NCBI GenBank assembly: GCA_034670305.1
Contig: JAXMNT010000035.1
Coordinates: 1 to 64,000 of the forward strand
Length of the DNA stretch: 64,000 nucleotides
DNA from: Deltaproteobacteria bacterium
GTDB taxonomy: Bacteria; Myxococcota_A; Polyangia; Polyangiales; Houyiibacteriaceae
Reading direction: 5' to 3'
The notes below the pieces were generated by a model that ran no database searches, was not told the DNA's origin, and worked only from the letters and a program-made list of their open reading frames with translations. A program made the translations under genes and the position numbers. Shown here piece by piece: positions 40,449 through 49,621 of this stretch; positions within the stretch are counted from its first letter, which is position 1, and each line of letters begins with the position of its first letter.

Positions 40449-40979
40449 ATGGCGGCAGCGAAAGAGATTATCTGCACGATTTGCGGGGCGAAGAACGACC
40501 CGGCTTCCAAGCGATGCACATCGTGCGGCGCGAAGGTCGACCCGCTCGACATGGGCCGGGAGCTCAGCGAGCAGGAGAAGCATGAGCGCCGCTATCAGCA
40601 GGACAGCTTCGACTTCAAGTGGGCCGCGATTTCATTTGGGATCTTCGCGGTCCTGCAGCTGATCGCGCTGGTCCTTCTGCCGATGGTCATCGACAGCTAC
40701 GACCCGCAGGGGTTGCCCGGCCTGTTGATCAGCGCGGCGGTCTGGTTCGTGGGCGGCGCGGTCGTCGGTTTGGTCTCGCCTGGCAAGACCTTCATCGAAC
40801 CCGGCGTGGGTGCGCTCATCGCGGTCGTGCCGACGCTCATCTACCTGAACTCGATCGCCGATGTGTACCGGCTCTCGCTCCTCGCCAACGTGGTGGGCGG
40901 CATGATCGGTGTGATGGTCACGCTTCTCGGCGGTTTCCTCGGCGAGAAGCTTCAGATGTCGACGCGCGGCCACGACTGA
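40449..40979 (+). CDS. Zinc-ribbon membrane protein
   Basis: CxxC...CxxC N-terminus followed by four TM helices. Confidence 0.8.
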   Translation: MAAAKEIICTICGAKNDPASKRCTSCGAKVDPLDMGRELSEQEKHERRYQQDSFDFKWAAISFGIFAVLQLIALVLLPMVIDSYDPQGLPGLLISAAVWFVGGAVVGLVSPGKTFIEPGVGALIAVVPTLIYLNSIADVYRLSLLANVVGGMIGVMVTLLGGFLGEKLQMSTRGHD

Positions 40980-41650
40980 TGCGGCTGATCTGCGGTGTGG
41001 CGCTGGCGCTTCTGTGTGGAGCCGCCAATCTCCCAACCACCGCACACGCCGATGCCATTCGAGCGCCGGCCGAGTGTCCTGAACCTGGTTGGGTCACCCG
41101 GCGGGTGGGGCACGGCGGCTGGTGTTTTCCACGCGACTGTCAGACCGACGCCGAGTGTCCGGGCGGCGGCTCGTGCGAAGAGGTCGCGCGGTGTTTCACC
41201 CAGTCGACCTACTCGGCCGGACGCCGGCGATTCGAGCCCGGCGAAGAGCGGCCGACGCGCGCACGACCGGGCGAGCGGTGCAACGCCAACGGAACCTGCG
41301 GCCCGGACCTCAACGGCCGGCCCCCGCCTCCGAACATGCCCACCTGCGAGACGAACCGCGAGTGTGTCTACGGGCCGGAGTTCGCATTGGACGCCCCATG
41401 GGACCGAGGCGAGACGACGCCGCCCCCGCGCCGCCTCCAGCCCGCGCCCGAGCCGGCGATGACCGAAGCACCCATGACCGAAGCGCCCATGACCGAGACC
41501 GCGATGAACGAGACGGCGATGAACGAAGCCTCGAGTGGAAGCGCGTCGGCCGAGACCGAGTCGTCGAGCTGTGCCGCGTCGGGCGCCGGTGGCGGTGGCG
41601 CGCTCGGGTTGATCGGCATGCTGTGGTTCGCGGCGCGACGACGACGCTGA
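40979..41650 (+). CDS. Cys-rich exported protein with MYXO-CTERM-like tail
   Basis: Signal peptide ending AHA; MTEAP repeats; SC..TM..RRRR; start overlaps the upstream stop. Confidence 0.75.
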   Translation: MRLICGVALALLCGAANLPTTAHADAIRAPAECPEPGWVTRRVGHGGWCFPRDCQTDAECPGGGSCEEVARCFTQSTYSAGRRRFEPGEERPTRARPGERCNANGTCGPDLNGRPPPPNMPTCETNRECVYGPEFALDAPWDRGETTPPPRRLQPAPEPAMTEAPMTEAPMTETAMNETAMNEASSGSASAETESSSCAASGAGGGGALGLIGMLWFAARRRR

Positions 41651-41685
41651 CGCAAGCGGGAGGCTGAGAGGGTCGGGACAGACTC

Positions 41686-41840
41686 AGCTTCCGCCCGAGG
41701 CCGAAGCCGAAGCCCGCGACTCGCGCGGGCCTCTGCGGCTGTCTGCTGCTGACTCTGCCGCTGTCTCTGCCGCCGTCTCTGCCGCCGTCTCTGCCGCTGT
41801 CTCTGCTGCTGACTCTGCCTTTGACTCTGCCGCTGTCTCG
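41686..41840. repeat. CTCTGC/CGCTGT-type 12-bp-period array
   Basis: ctctgccgctgt/ctctgccgccgt/ctctgctgctga units between convergent genes. Confidence 0.88.
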
Positions 41841-41846
41841 CAGGCG

Positions 41847-43601
41847 TCAGCGACCGCTGCGGTAGAGGTGGCCCGGCCGGGCGCCTGTCAGCTTGCCGCC
41901 CTTGGTGATCGCTTGGCCCTTCACGAGCGTCGCGATGTAGCCGTCGGCGCCCTGCATCAGGCGCTGGCCGCCGGCGGGCAGGTCTTTGCGCATCTCCGGG
42001 TGCTGGAGCCGCAGCTGGTCGAAGTCGATGACGTTGATGTCGGCGCGCATGCCCGGGGCCAAGGTGCCGCGGTCTTTCATGCCGAGGAAACGCGAGGTGT
42101 CGTGGGCCTGCATCTTCACGATCTTCTCGAGCTCGATGCGGTCGTGGTCGCGGTCGCGCGCCCAGTGCTGCATCAAGAACGTCGGGAAGCTCGCGTCGCA
42201 GACGGTGCCGACGTGCGCGCCGCCATCGCTGAGCCCCGGGAGCGCCAGCGGATGGGTGAGCATCTCGTGCAGCACGTCGAGGTTCATGCCCGTGTAGTTG
42301 TAGAGCGGGAAGTAGAGCAGCGCTTTGCCGTCCTGCTCGAGCAGCGCGTCGTAGATCACACCGAGCGCGGACTCGCCGTTCTTCATCGCCTGGGCGGCGA
42401 GGCACTCGCTCACGTTCGGCTCGTAGTTCGGGTTCTCGCCGAGTCGGAAGAGCCGCATCGCGACCATGTCGATCTTCGAGAGCAGCTCGTCGGCGAGCGG
42501 CGGAATCGGGCTGCCATCGCCGGCGACCGGTTCCGACTTCTCACGGAGCATCTGAGCCCGGAACTCGGAGTCGCGCATCGCTTTGACCCGCTCTTCGAGC
42601 GGCAGATCGTGGATGCGTTTGTACGACGGGAAACCCATGAACGGGTGAAAAGTCGCCTCGAGGCCGAGCATCACGCCGATGGCGCGCGCCGCGACCTGAC
42701 AGCGGATCGTGAGCCCCTTCTTCGCGGCCGCTTCGGCCCGGTCGAAGATCCACTTCCACTGCTTGGGTGAGTGGTCGCGCTGCATCGTGGACATCGACAT
42801 CGGGCGCCCGCCGGCCGCCGCGAGCATCGCCTCGAGCATGTCGAACTCGCTCTGAAAACTCTCGTCGCCCTGCAGCACGTTGAAGTCGCTGACCGCTTGC
42901 AACACGCCGTGGTCGAGACCGACGAACGCGCGCGCGAGCTCCACCAGTTCACGCGGGGTCGCCTCCGAAGCAGGCGTCGGTTTTCCGTCCGCGGTGCGGT
43001 GGTTGTCGCTGCGTCCGGTGCTGAAGCCGACCGCGCCCGCTTCGAGCGCTTCGCGCACCACTTGGCGCATCGCGATCATGTCGTCTTCGGTCGACGCTTC
43101 TTCGGCGAGCGCGCGTTCGCCCATGACGAACACCCGCACGACGTCGTGCGGCACCTGGCACGCGAAGTCGATCGTGTGCGGCATGCGGTCGAGCGCGTCC
43201 ATGTACTCGGGGAACGTCTCCCAGTCCCACGAGATGCCTTCGGCGAGCGCGCTGCCGGGGATGTCTTCCACACCCTCCATCAGCGAGATGAGTTTCTCGT
43301 GGTCCTTCTCGTGGCAGGGCGCGAAGCCCACCCCGCAGTTGCCCATGACCGCGGTGGTCACGCCGTGCATCGAGGACGGCGTCATCTCTTCGTCCCAGCT
43401 GATCTGTCCGTCGTAGTGGGTGTGGATGTCGGTGAAGCCCGGCGTCACGACCGCGCCGCTCGCGTCCATCGTCTCGCGCGCCACGTCCGGGCAGTCACCG
43501 ACCGCGACGATCATTCCATCCTTGATGCCGATGTCGCCGGTGAACCGGTCGCCCCCGGTGCCATCGACGAGGGTTCCACCTTTGATCTTGAGGTCGTACA
43601 T
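41847..43601 (-). CDS. N-acyl-D-amino-acid deacylase family amidohydrolase
   Basis: [36 protein letters not shown]. Confidence 0.92.
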   Translation of the reverse strand: MYDLKIKGGTLVDGTGGDRFTGDIGIKDGMIVAVGDCPDVARETMDASGAVVTPGFTDIHTHYDGQISWDEEMTPSSMHGVTTAVMGNCGVGFAPCHEKDHEKLISLMEGVEDIPGSALAEGISWDWETFPEYMDALDRMPHTIDFACQVPHDVVRVFVMGERALAEEASTEDDMIAMRQVVREALEAGAVGFSTGRSDNHRTADGKPTPASEATPRELVELARAFVGLDHGVLQAVSDFNVLQGDESFQSEFDMLEAMLAAAGGRPMSMSTMQRDHSPKQWKWIFDRAEAAAKKGLTIRCQVAARAIGVMLGLEATFHPFMGFPSYKRIHDLPLEERVKAMRDSEFRAQMLREKSEPVAGDGSPIPPLADELLSKIDMVAMRLFRLGENPNYEPNVSECLAAQAMKNGESALGVIYDALLEQDGKALLYFPLYNYTGMNLDVLHEMLTHPLALPGLSDGGAHVGTVCDASFPTFLMQHWARDRDHDRIELEKIVKMQAHDTSRFLGMKDRGTLAPGMRADINVIDFDQLRLQHPEMRKDLPAGGQRLMQGADGYIATLVKGQAITKGGKLTGARPGHLYRSGR

Positions 43602-43685
43602 CAGCGTTTCCTGTGCTCCTGGGAAGTCGTGGGGGCGGCAGGAAGTGAACCTGGTTCGCCCGGAACGAAGAGTACCCTAGATCGT

Positions 43686-43703
43686 TTTAACCGGTCGGTC
43701 AAA
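43686..43703. promoter_or_regulatory. Putative TetR operator
   Basis: Imperfect palindrome tttaaccggtcggtcaaa between the divergent amidohydrolase and TetR genes. Confidence 0.6.
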
Positions 43704-43737
43704 CCTCTCGGTCAAATTCTGTGCTACATGCGGTTTC

Positions 43738-44355
43738 ATGGGAGAACCGAAGGCCAAAGCGTCCTTGATCCTCGACGCCGCCGCCGCCGTGCTGGCGGAA
43801 AGTGGCTACGCCGGCCTGAGCGCGCGCGCGGTGGCGGAGCGGGCAGGCGTGAACAAGGCGCTCGTCTTCTACTACTGGGGCAGCACCAAAGAGCTCTTCG
43901 AGCGGGTGCTCGAACGCTACTACACCGCCCACAAAGCCAGCTTGGCCGAAGCTTTCGAACGACCGGGCACCGACCGCGAGCGCTTCCACCACGTCATCGA
44001 CGTCTACCTCGACTTCATGGAGCACAACGTCGCCTACGCGCGCATCGTGCAGCAGCAGGTCGCGAGCCGCGGCGACCACCTGCCGCTCGTCGAGACCCAT
44101 CTGCGCGAAGTGCTCGCGATGACCACCAAGGTGATCGCGCCGGTCGCCGGCACCGGACCGCTCGCCCCGAGACACTTTCACCTGAGCTTGTCGGCCCTGG
44201 TCTTGAACTACTTCACCTACGCGCCGGTGCTCGGCCCGGATGAACGCGGCCGCGATCCCTTGAGCAACGAAGCACTCGAAGAACGACGCGCCCACGTGCA
44301 CTGGGTCATCGACGCCTGGCTCGACGCGCTCGCGAAACAACGCGCCGCCAGTTAA
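43738..44355 (+). CDS. TetR/AcrR family regulator
   Basis: ILDAAAAVLAESGY..VAERAGVNKALVFYYWGSTKEL HTH. Confidence 0.93.
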   Translation: MGEPKAKASLILDAAAAVLAESGYAGLSARAVAERAGVNKALVFYYWGSTKELFERVLERYYTAHKASLAEAFERPGTDRERFHHVIDVYLDFMEHNVAYARIVQQQVASRGDHLPLVETHLREVLAMTTKVIAPVAGTGPLAPRHFHLSLSALVLNYFTYAPVLGPDERGRDPLSNEALEERRAHVHWVIDAWLDALAKQRAAS

Positions 44356-44357
44356 CT

Positions 44358-44563
44358 CCGCTTCCGCTTCGGCTTCCGCTTCCGCTTCGGCTTCCGCTTC
44401 GGCTTCCGCTTCCGCTTCCGCTTCGGCTTCCGCCTCCGCTTCCGCTTCCGCTTCCGCTTCCCCTTCCGCTTCCGCATCCGCATCCGGGTCGGCTTCGGCT
44501 TCGGCTTCGGCTTCGGCTTCGGCTTCGGCTTCGGCTTCGGCTTGGGCTTCGGCTTCGGCTTCG
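44358..44563. repeat. (GCTTCC/GCTTCG)n array filling a convergent intergenic gap
   Basis: Spans almost all of the gap between the stops at 44355 and 44569. Confidence 0.95.
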
Positions 44564-44568
44564 CAGAG

Positions 44569-45546
44569 CTACCGGCTTCGCGCTGCCTTGTAGAGCGCCT
44601 GGCGGTGACCCTCGAACCGCCCCACCAACGACGGCGCCGCGGCGGCCACCGCTTGTACGAACCCCGCGGGGTGCGCGGACGTGCGTTCGATGCAGTCGCG
44701 CAGCTCGGTTTCGTTGCCGAGCAGCGCGTGCGCGAAGAGCCAGTACATCGCGTCGCCGTAGTGCGTCGCCACGCCGTCCTTCTGCGCCTCCCACACTGTG
44801 CGGGTGGGGAGCGAATCGATCGTGTGCGCGTCGAACCGTTTGTGCAGGAACCGCGTCATCCACCACCGCTCGGAGGCGCGCGCCATCGTGCGGTGCCACG
44901 TCTCGTCCCACGCGGTCTTCAGCGCGTCGTCCAAGACCGGCTCGGGCGGTTCGGACGGAACGACCGAGAGCACGAAGCAGTCGCGCACATCCTCCGTGTC
45001 CGGCTCGAACTCGGCGAGCTCGTCTTCGTCGAGTCCGTCCCTCTGCTCTTCGACCTGTTTCCAGAAACCCGCCGCCGCCTCGCACAAGAACGCGGACACG
45101 CTGGCGCCCCACGTGCCGACTTCGCGTTCGTCGTAGTACATCACGCCGCCGACGCCGGGCGCGTACTCGTGCACACACGCGAGCGCGTACATGAAGTCGC
45201 CGTACTGCAGCTGCGCGCCGATCGGCACGAGGCCGAGGAAATGGATGGTCGCTGCGTAGCGGCCGAGGTACCCGGCTTCGAGCGTCTTCAGAAACGCGTC
45301 CACGTCGGGCAAGCCGAGCGCGAACGACTCGAAACCTCCGGGCAGCGGGATCTCCGGATGATCCTCCGCGTCGGGATGAAGCAGCGTCGGGGCGGCGCGC
45401 ACGAACGCGCGGGTCTCTTCTGGGAGCGTGCCCACCGCTTCGAGCAACTGCCGCAGCGTTTCCGTGTCTTCGTTCGGATCGGTCGCGCCGACGAGCTTCA
45501 GCGCCGCCGCGATCTCGGTCCCGCCCACATCGAGTGTCTTGGTCAC
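44569..45546 (-). CDS. Hypothetical protein (possible SUKH/SMI1-like segment)
   Basis: GTGA overlap with the WD40 gene; LVPIG...VMYYDERE...GASVSAFL. Confidence 0.65.
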   Translation of the reverse strand: MTKTLDVGGTEIAAALKLVGATDPNEDTETLRQLLEAVGTLPEETRAFVRAAPTLLHPDAEDHPEIPLPGGFESFALGLPDVDAFLKTLEAGYLGRYAATIHFLGLVPIGAQLQYGDFMYALACVHEYAPGVGGVMYYDEREVGTWGASVSAFLCEAAAGFWKQVEEQRDGLDEDELAEFEPDTEDVRDCFVLSVVPSEPPEPVLDDALKTAWDETWHRTMARASERWWMTRFLHKRFDAHTIDSLPTRTVWEAQKDGVATHYGDAMYWLFAHALLGNETELRDCIERTSAHPAGFVQAVAAAAPSLVGRFEGHRQALYKAARSR

Positions 45547-48500
45547 ACGCCCTCCCACGCGCCGACATCGGACGCGGCGGTTTCCCGTTCTGCCTCGAGC
45601 GTCACCTCGAAGAGGCGGCCCGAGTCGCACCCCACGAGCACCCGACGCGGCCCGACGAACACACACCCCGCGAGTTCGTTCGACTGGAACCGTTTCAAGG
45701 CACCGAAGCGGCCGACCCGCCGGCCGCTCGGCACCTCGTAGACTTCCAGGTTGCTCGAGCTTGGAATCGCCAAGAGCGTCCCGTCGGGCGAGAACGCGAT
45801 GCGGTTGAAGAGCCCGAAACCGCACGCGATGCGAAGCAGCGGCGGCGTGTCCGGCGGCGCGTCGAAGTCGTAGACCCGCACGATGTGATCGGTGGCAGCG
45901 GACGCGAACCGGCGGCTCCCCGCATGGAACACGATCGACGAGACGTTCTTGTGGTTGCCGCCGCGCGCGAGCCGGTCGCTGCCGTGGTCGGCCCGAGCCC
46001 ACACCCGCGTACCGCCTTCGCGTCGAGTATCCACAAGACACACCTGGCCGTCTTCGTTGCCGGTGAGCACGCCGAGTGCTCGGCCGTCGGCGCCGGGCAC
46101 GACGCACAACGCGTTCAAGGTGTCGGTGCCGACCTCGACCACCTCGCCGACCGTCGCCAGATCGGGAAGCGACGCGAAGCCGACATGGTCTCCCACCCGG
46201 TGCGCGATCTTCTCTGGACCCAGCACCGCGACGTCGTCGGCGCGCGCTTCGGTCTCTGCCAGCACCTCGCCGGTGTCGAGGTCGATGAGCCGCAGCCCAC
46301 CCCGGGTGCCGAAGAGCGCGCGGCGCCCCGGCACGAGCACGCCGTCTTCGACCGTGAGTCCGAGGTCCACGACCTCGCGGCCCGCCCCGTCCCTCCACTC
46401 GATGACGCTGCCGTCCCAGTCCGCGGTGAGCAGACCGCCGTTTTCGCCCGGCAACATCACGACCACGCGCCGCGCATGGGCCACGTTCTCGATCGGCACG
46501 AGCGCACCGCCCTCGGCCACCGTCACCACGCCGCTCTTGCCCGCCGCAAACGCGCGCTCGCCATGGCACGCGAGCGCCCAGATCGACGCACCGCCTTCGA
46601 TCAAGGTCGACTCGGTGTCGTCGCCGAGCTCCCACCGGGTGAACGCGCCGCCCTGGGTGGTGGCGTACAACCCGTCCCCCTGGAACTCGAGCCGGGTGAC
46701 CTGCGTCTGCAACAGCTTTCGGGTGAACGCGAAGCGCTTGTCTCCTTCCCCTTCCTTGCCGACCCAGATCCACTTGGAGTCGCCCGCGTACGCGAGCGTG
46801 CCGTCCTCCGCGTACGCGAGGGACCAGACCGAGAACTTCATGTCGAAGACCTCGGCCTCGCCGGTCTGCGGGTCGAGGATCTCCAGGGTATTCTTGTCGC
46901 CGCCCGAGCTCGTGACGTGCGACGCGAGCACCCGGCCATCCGGTCGGAAGACCACGTCCTGGTAGCAACCCGAACCGCTCGAGAACGACCACCGCTGGGT
47001 GCCGGTCCCGAGATCCCAGCCGATGAGTTTCGCGTCCTGGCCGCCCGTGACGAGCAACGTGCCGTCCGGTGAGACCGCAGCGCAGCGGGTCCCGTTCGGA
47101 ACGCCGCCGTGGCCTTCGAGCTCGAGGGTGCGCTCGCCGGTCGCGACGTCGTACACCTCCACGTGTCCGCCATGAAAGGTGGCCGCGACGCGTTTCCCGT
47201 CGGGCAAGAACACGCAGTCGTAGGCCCAGTTCCACCGGAGCTCGAGGCTGTGCAAGAGCGCGCCGGTGTGGGCGTCGAGCAGGCGCGCCGTGTTCTCTCC
47301 GACCGCGCAGAGCAGCGCGCCGTCCGGCGAGACGGCGAGGCCGTTGATGTTCTGTCCGAGACTGAATGCGGGCGCGTCGAAGGCTTCGATCGTGGCGTGC
47401 CCCGCGTCGTCGGGTGCGACGTAGGGCATGTCGGGCCCGTCGAGGAACATCGACTGGATCCAGGGGTGCTCGGACCCGGCCAGCCATTCGGCGCGGTCGT
47501 CTTCTTCGAGACGCGAGAGGACCCAGAGCCGAGGCTTCTCCGGATCCGGCAGGTCCCCGTAGTAGCTCGCGCGGTACGCTTCGGTGGCTTCGATCTGGGT
47601 CCGGCACCACTGAACGAGGCGTGCTCGGACGTCGCGGTCGGGGTGTTCGAGCAGCGCCGCGAGGAGGACGTTCTCGAAGCAGGTCGCTTCGTTCTCGAGC
47701 GCCTCGAAGAGCGCATCCGGACCGTCTTCGGCGAGCACCTGCTGCGCGCGTACGCTGTCCCAGTAGCGTGGTTCGAGACCGCCTGCCGCGGCGCCCACTT
47801 CGCGCAGCAGCACGGTGGGGTGGGTCGAGAGGGACTGCACCCACGCGAGATCTTCGGCACTCGAGTCGTCCGATGCGGCGAAGAGTTCGGCTGCCACCCG
47901 GTGCAGGACGAGCAGATCGTCGGCCTTCGGGTAGCCATAGCGCTGCACCCGAAGGGTGTCGCGCAGGTAGCGCGCGGCTTCGAGGCCCCTCGGATCCGGA
48001 TCGCCCGCGCGGGCGCATACGAGCGCCGCCCCGGCGCGGAGCAACATCGTCTCGTCCGGGTTGCCCGCGAGCGAATCCAGATATGCGCGCACGTCGGTGA
48101 CGTCGTCGCCGGCTCCCGTCAACGCCGCGATGCCCCAGAGCGCCGGCAGCGCGTCGTCGGTGCGGATCATAGAACCGAGTTGCGCGCGGATGGCCTTCGC
48201 GTCGAATCCCTGCTGTGAGGATGTGGACGCCACTGCGGTTGCCGCCGCCACCGACGACACCGCGCGCATCAGGCTGAACACGGCGTCGAACGACTCGTGC
48301 AAGGGGTGGCTCGGGTCCTCTCCTGCGAAGAGCCGCGCGCAGCGCTCCCGCCAGAAGGCTGCGAGCGTGGAGACCGCCGTTTGGAGCCGTGGCGCCACGC
48401 GCAGGTCGCCCGCCAAAGCCAGACACACCGCGAGTTGGACCCGTTCCGGCAGGTCGTCGATCCCATCCAGCGCAGCGATCGCCACCGCGCGATCCTCGGG

Positions 48501-48941
48501 GTACGGCGACGCGGCCAAGCCGAACGGGAGGTGCGCCGGCGTGTCGGACCAACGTTCCACGCAGGGCGCGATCGGACGTCCGAGATCGATGCCGGCGGCC
48601 AAGCCCCGCAGGGCGGTCGACTCGTCGTCGGAGCGACTGAGCAGCGCGAGCACCAGCGGACCGAGCAGACGGCAGGAGTCGCGGCCGTCCTCGTCGCTCA
48701 CCAACACCCGGTGCGATTCTCCACCGGCCCGCAGCCGCGCCACCGCGGTGGCGACTTCGGGATCGGTCGCGCCGCGCGCTTCGTAGAGCGCCAACAAGAA
48801 CGTGCTGTCGAGCGGCAACGCGTCGCAACACGCCCACGCCTTGTCGAGCCAGTCGTCGCCGGAGGCCACGGCGGCCGCTTCCGCCTGTGCTTCCGTCTTC
48901 GCGGCCGCCATCTCATCCAAACACTCGAACCAACCAGCCAT
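45543..48941 (-). CDS. Alpha-helical N-terminal plus WD40-repeat protein
   Basis: AVSPDG, LEGHGG...TGGQDAKLIGWD, SAATDHIVRVYD. Confidence 0.85.
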   Translation of the reverse strand: MAGWFECLDEMAAAKTEAQAEAAAVASGDDWLDKAWACCDALPLDSTFLLALYEARGATDPEVATAVARLRAGGESHRVLVSDEDGRDSCRLLGPLVLALLSRSDDESTALRGLAAGIDLGRPIAPCVERWSDTPAHLPFGLAASPYPEDRAVAIAALDGIDDLPERVQLAVCLALAGDLRVAPRLQTAVSTLAAFWRERCARLFAGEDPSHPLHESFDAVFSLMRAVSSVAAATAVASTSSQQGFDAKAIRAQLGSMIRTDDALPALWGIAALTGAGDDVTDVRAYLDSLAGNPDETMLLRAGAALVCARAGDPDPRGLEAARYLRDTLRVQRYGYPKADDLLVLHRVAAELFAASDDSSAEDLAWVQSLSTHPTVLLREVGAAAGGLEPRYWDSVRAQQVLAEDGPDALFEALENEATCFENVLLAALLEHPDRDVRARLVQWCRTQIEATEAYRASYYGDLPDPEKPRLWVLSRLEEDDRAEWLAGSEHPWIQSMFLDGPDMPYVAPDDAGHATIEAFDAPAFSLGQNINGLAVSPDGALLCAVGENTARLLDAHTGALLHSLELRWNWAYDCVFLPDGKRVAATFHGGHVEVYDVATGERTLELEGHGGVPNGTRCAAVSPDGTLLVTGGQDAKLIGWDLGTGTQRWSFSSGSGCYQDVVFRPDGRVLASHVTSSGGDKNTLEILDPQTGEAEVFDMKFSVWSLAYAEDGTLAYAGDSKWIWVGKEGEGDKRFAFTRKLLQTQVTRLEFQGDGLYATTQGGAFTRWELGDDTESTLIEGGASIWALACHGERAFAAGKSGVVTVAEGGALVPIENVAHARRVVVMLPGENGGLLTADWDGSVIEWRDGAGREVVDLGLTVEDGVLVPGRRALFGTRGGLRLIDLDTGEVLAETEARADDVAVLGPEKIAHRVGDHVGFASLPDLATVGEVVEVGTDTLNALCVVPGADGRALGVLTGNEDGQVCLVDTRREGGTRVWARADHGSDRLARGGNHKNVSSIVFHAGSRRFASAATDHIVRVYDFDAPPDTPPLLRIACGFGLFNRIAFSPDGTLLAIPSSSNLEVYEVPSGRRVGRFGALKRFQSNELAGCVFVGPRRVLVGCDSGRLFEVTLEAERETAASDVGAWEGV

Positions 48942-49005
48942 GCCGCGAGAGAACCACCGAACGGCAAGGACCTCAATGTTTGCCGGCTTCGAAGCCGCTG
49001 GCGAA

Positions 49006-49612
49006 TCCGCTTCCAGTTCCGCTTCCGCCTCCGCTTCCGCTTCCGCTTCCGCTTCCGCTTCCGCGACCGCTTCCGCTTCCGAATCCGAAGGAGAGGATGC
49101 GCGGTTCCCGTGCCCGTGCCCGTGCCCGTGCCCGTGCCCGCGGGGTTGTTTCTGAACCGAAACCGATCCCGAATCCGAAGCCGATCCCGAAGCCGATCCC
49201 GAAGCCGAAGCCGATCCCGAAGCCGACGCCGATCCCGAAGCCGACGCCGATCCCGAAGCCGACGCCGACGCCGACGCCGACGCCCACGCCGATGCCGAGA
49301 CCGATGCCGAGACGTCTTCAAAGGGTCGGGCCGTAGCCCGGCCTTCGTGCACGTACACGTACACGTGCACGTGCACGTACCCGTGTGCGTCCTCGTCCTC
49401 GCCATCGAGGATCAGACGTGAGTTCTGTTGACCGCGTCCGATGCCGATTCCGATGCCGAGGCCGATGCCGAGGCCGACGCCGCCGCTGCCGCTGCCGCTG
49501 CCGCTGTCGCTGTCGCTGCCGCTGCCGCTTCCGCTTCCGCTTCCGCTTCCGCAACCGCTTCCGCGACCGCTTCCGCTTCCGCGACGGATTCCGATCCCGA
49601 TCCCGATTCCGA
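49006..49612. repeat. Large composite repeat region with several hexamer families in both orientations
   Basis: GCTTCC block, CCCGTG block, CGAAGC/CGATCC block, CACGTR block, GCCGAK block, GCCGCT/TCCGCT block. Confidence 0.95.
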
Positions 49613-49621
49613 CCGTGCCCC

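Noticed and set aside
40378-40460. Full tRNA gene
   Set aside because: No acceptor 5' strand, D-arm or anticodon arm can be formed
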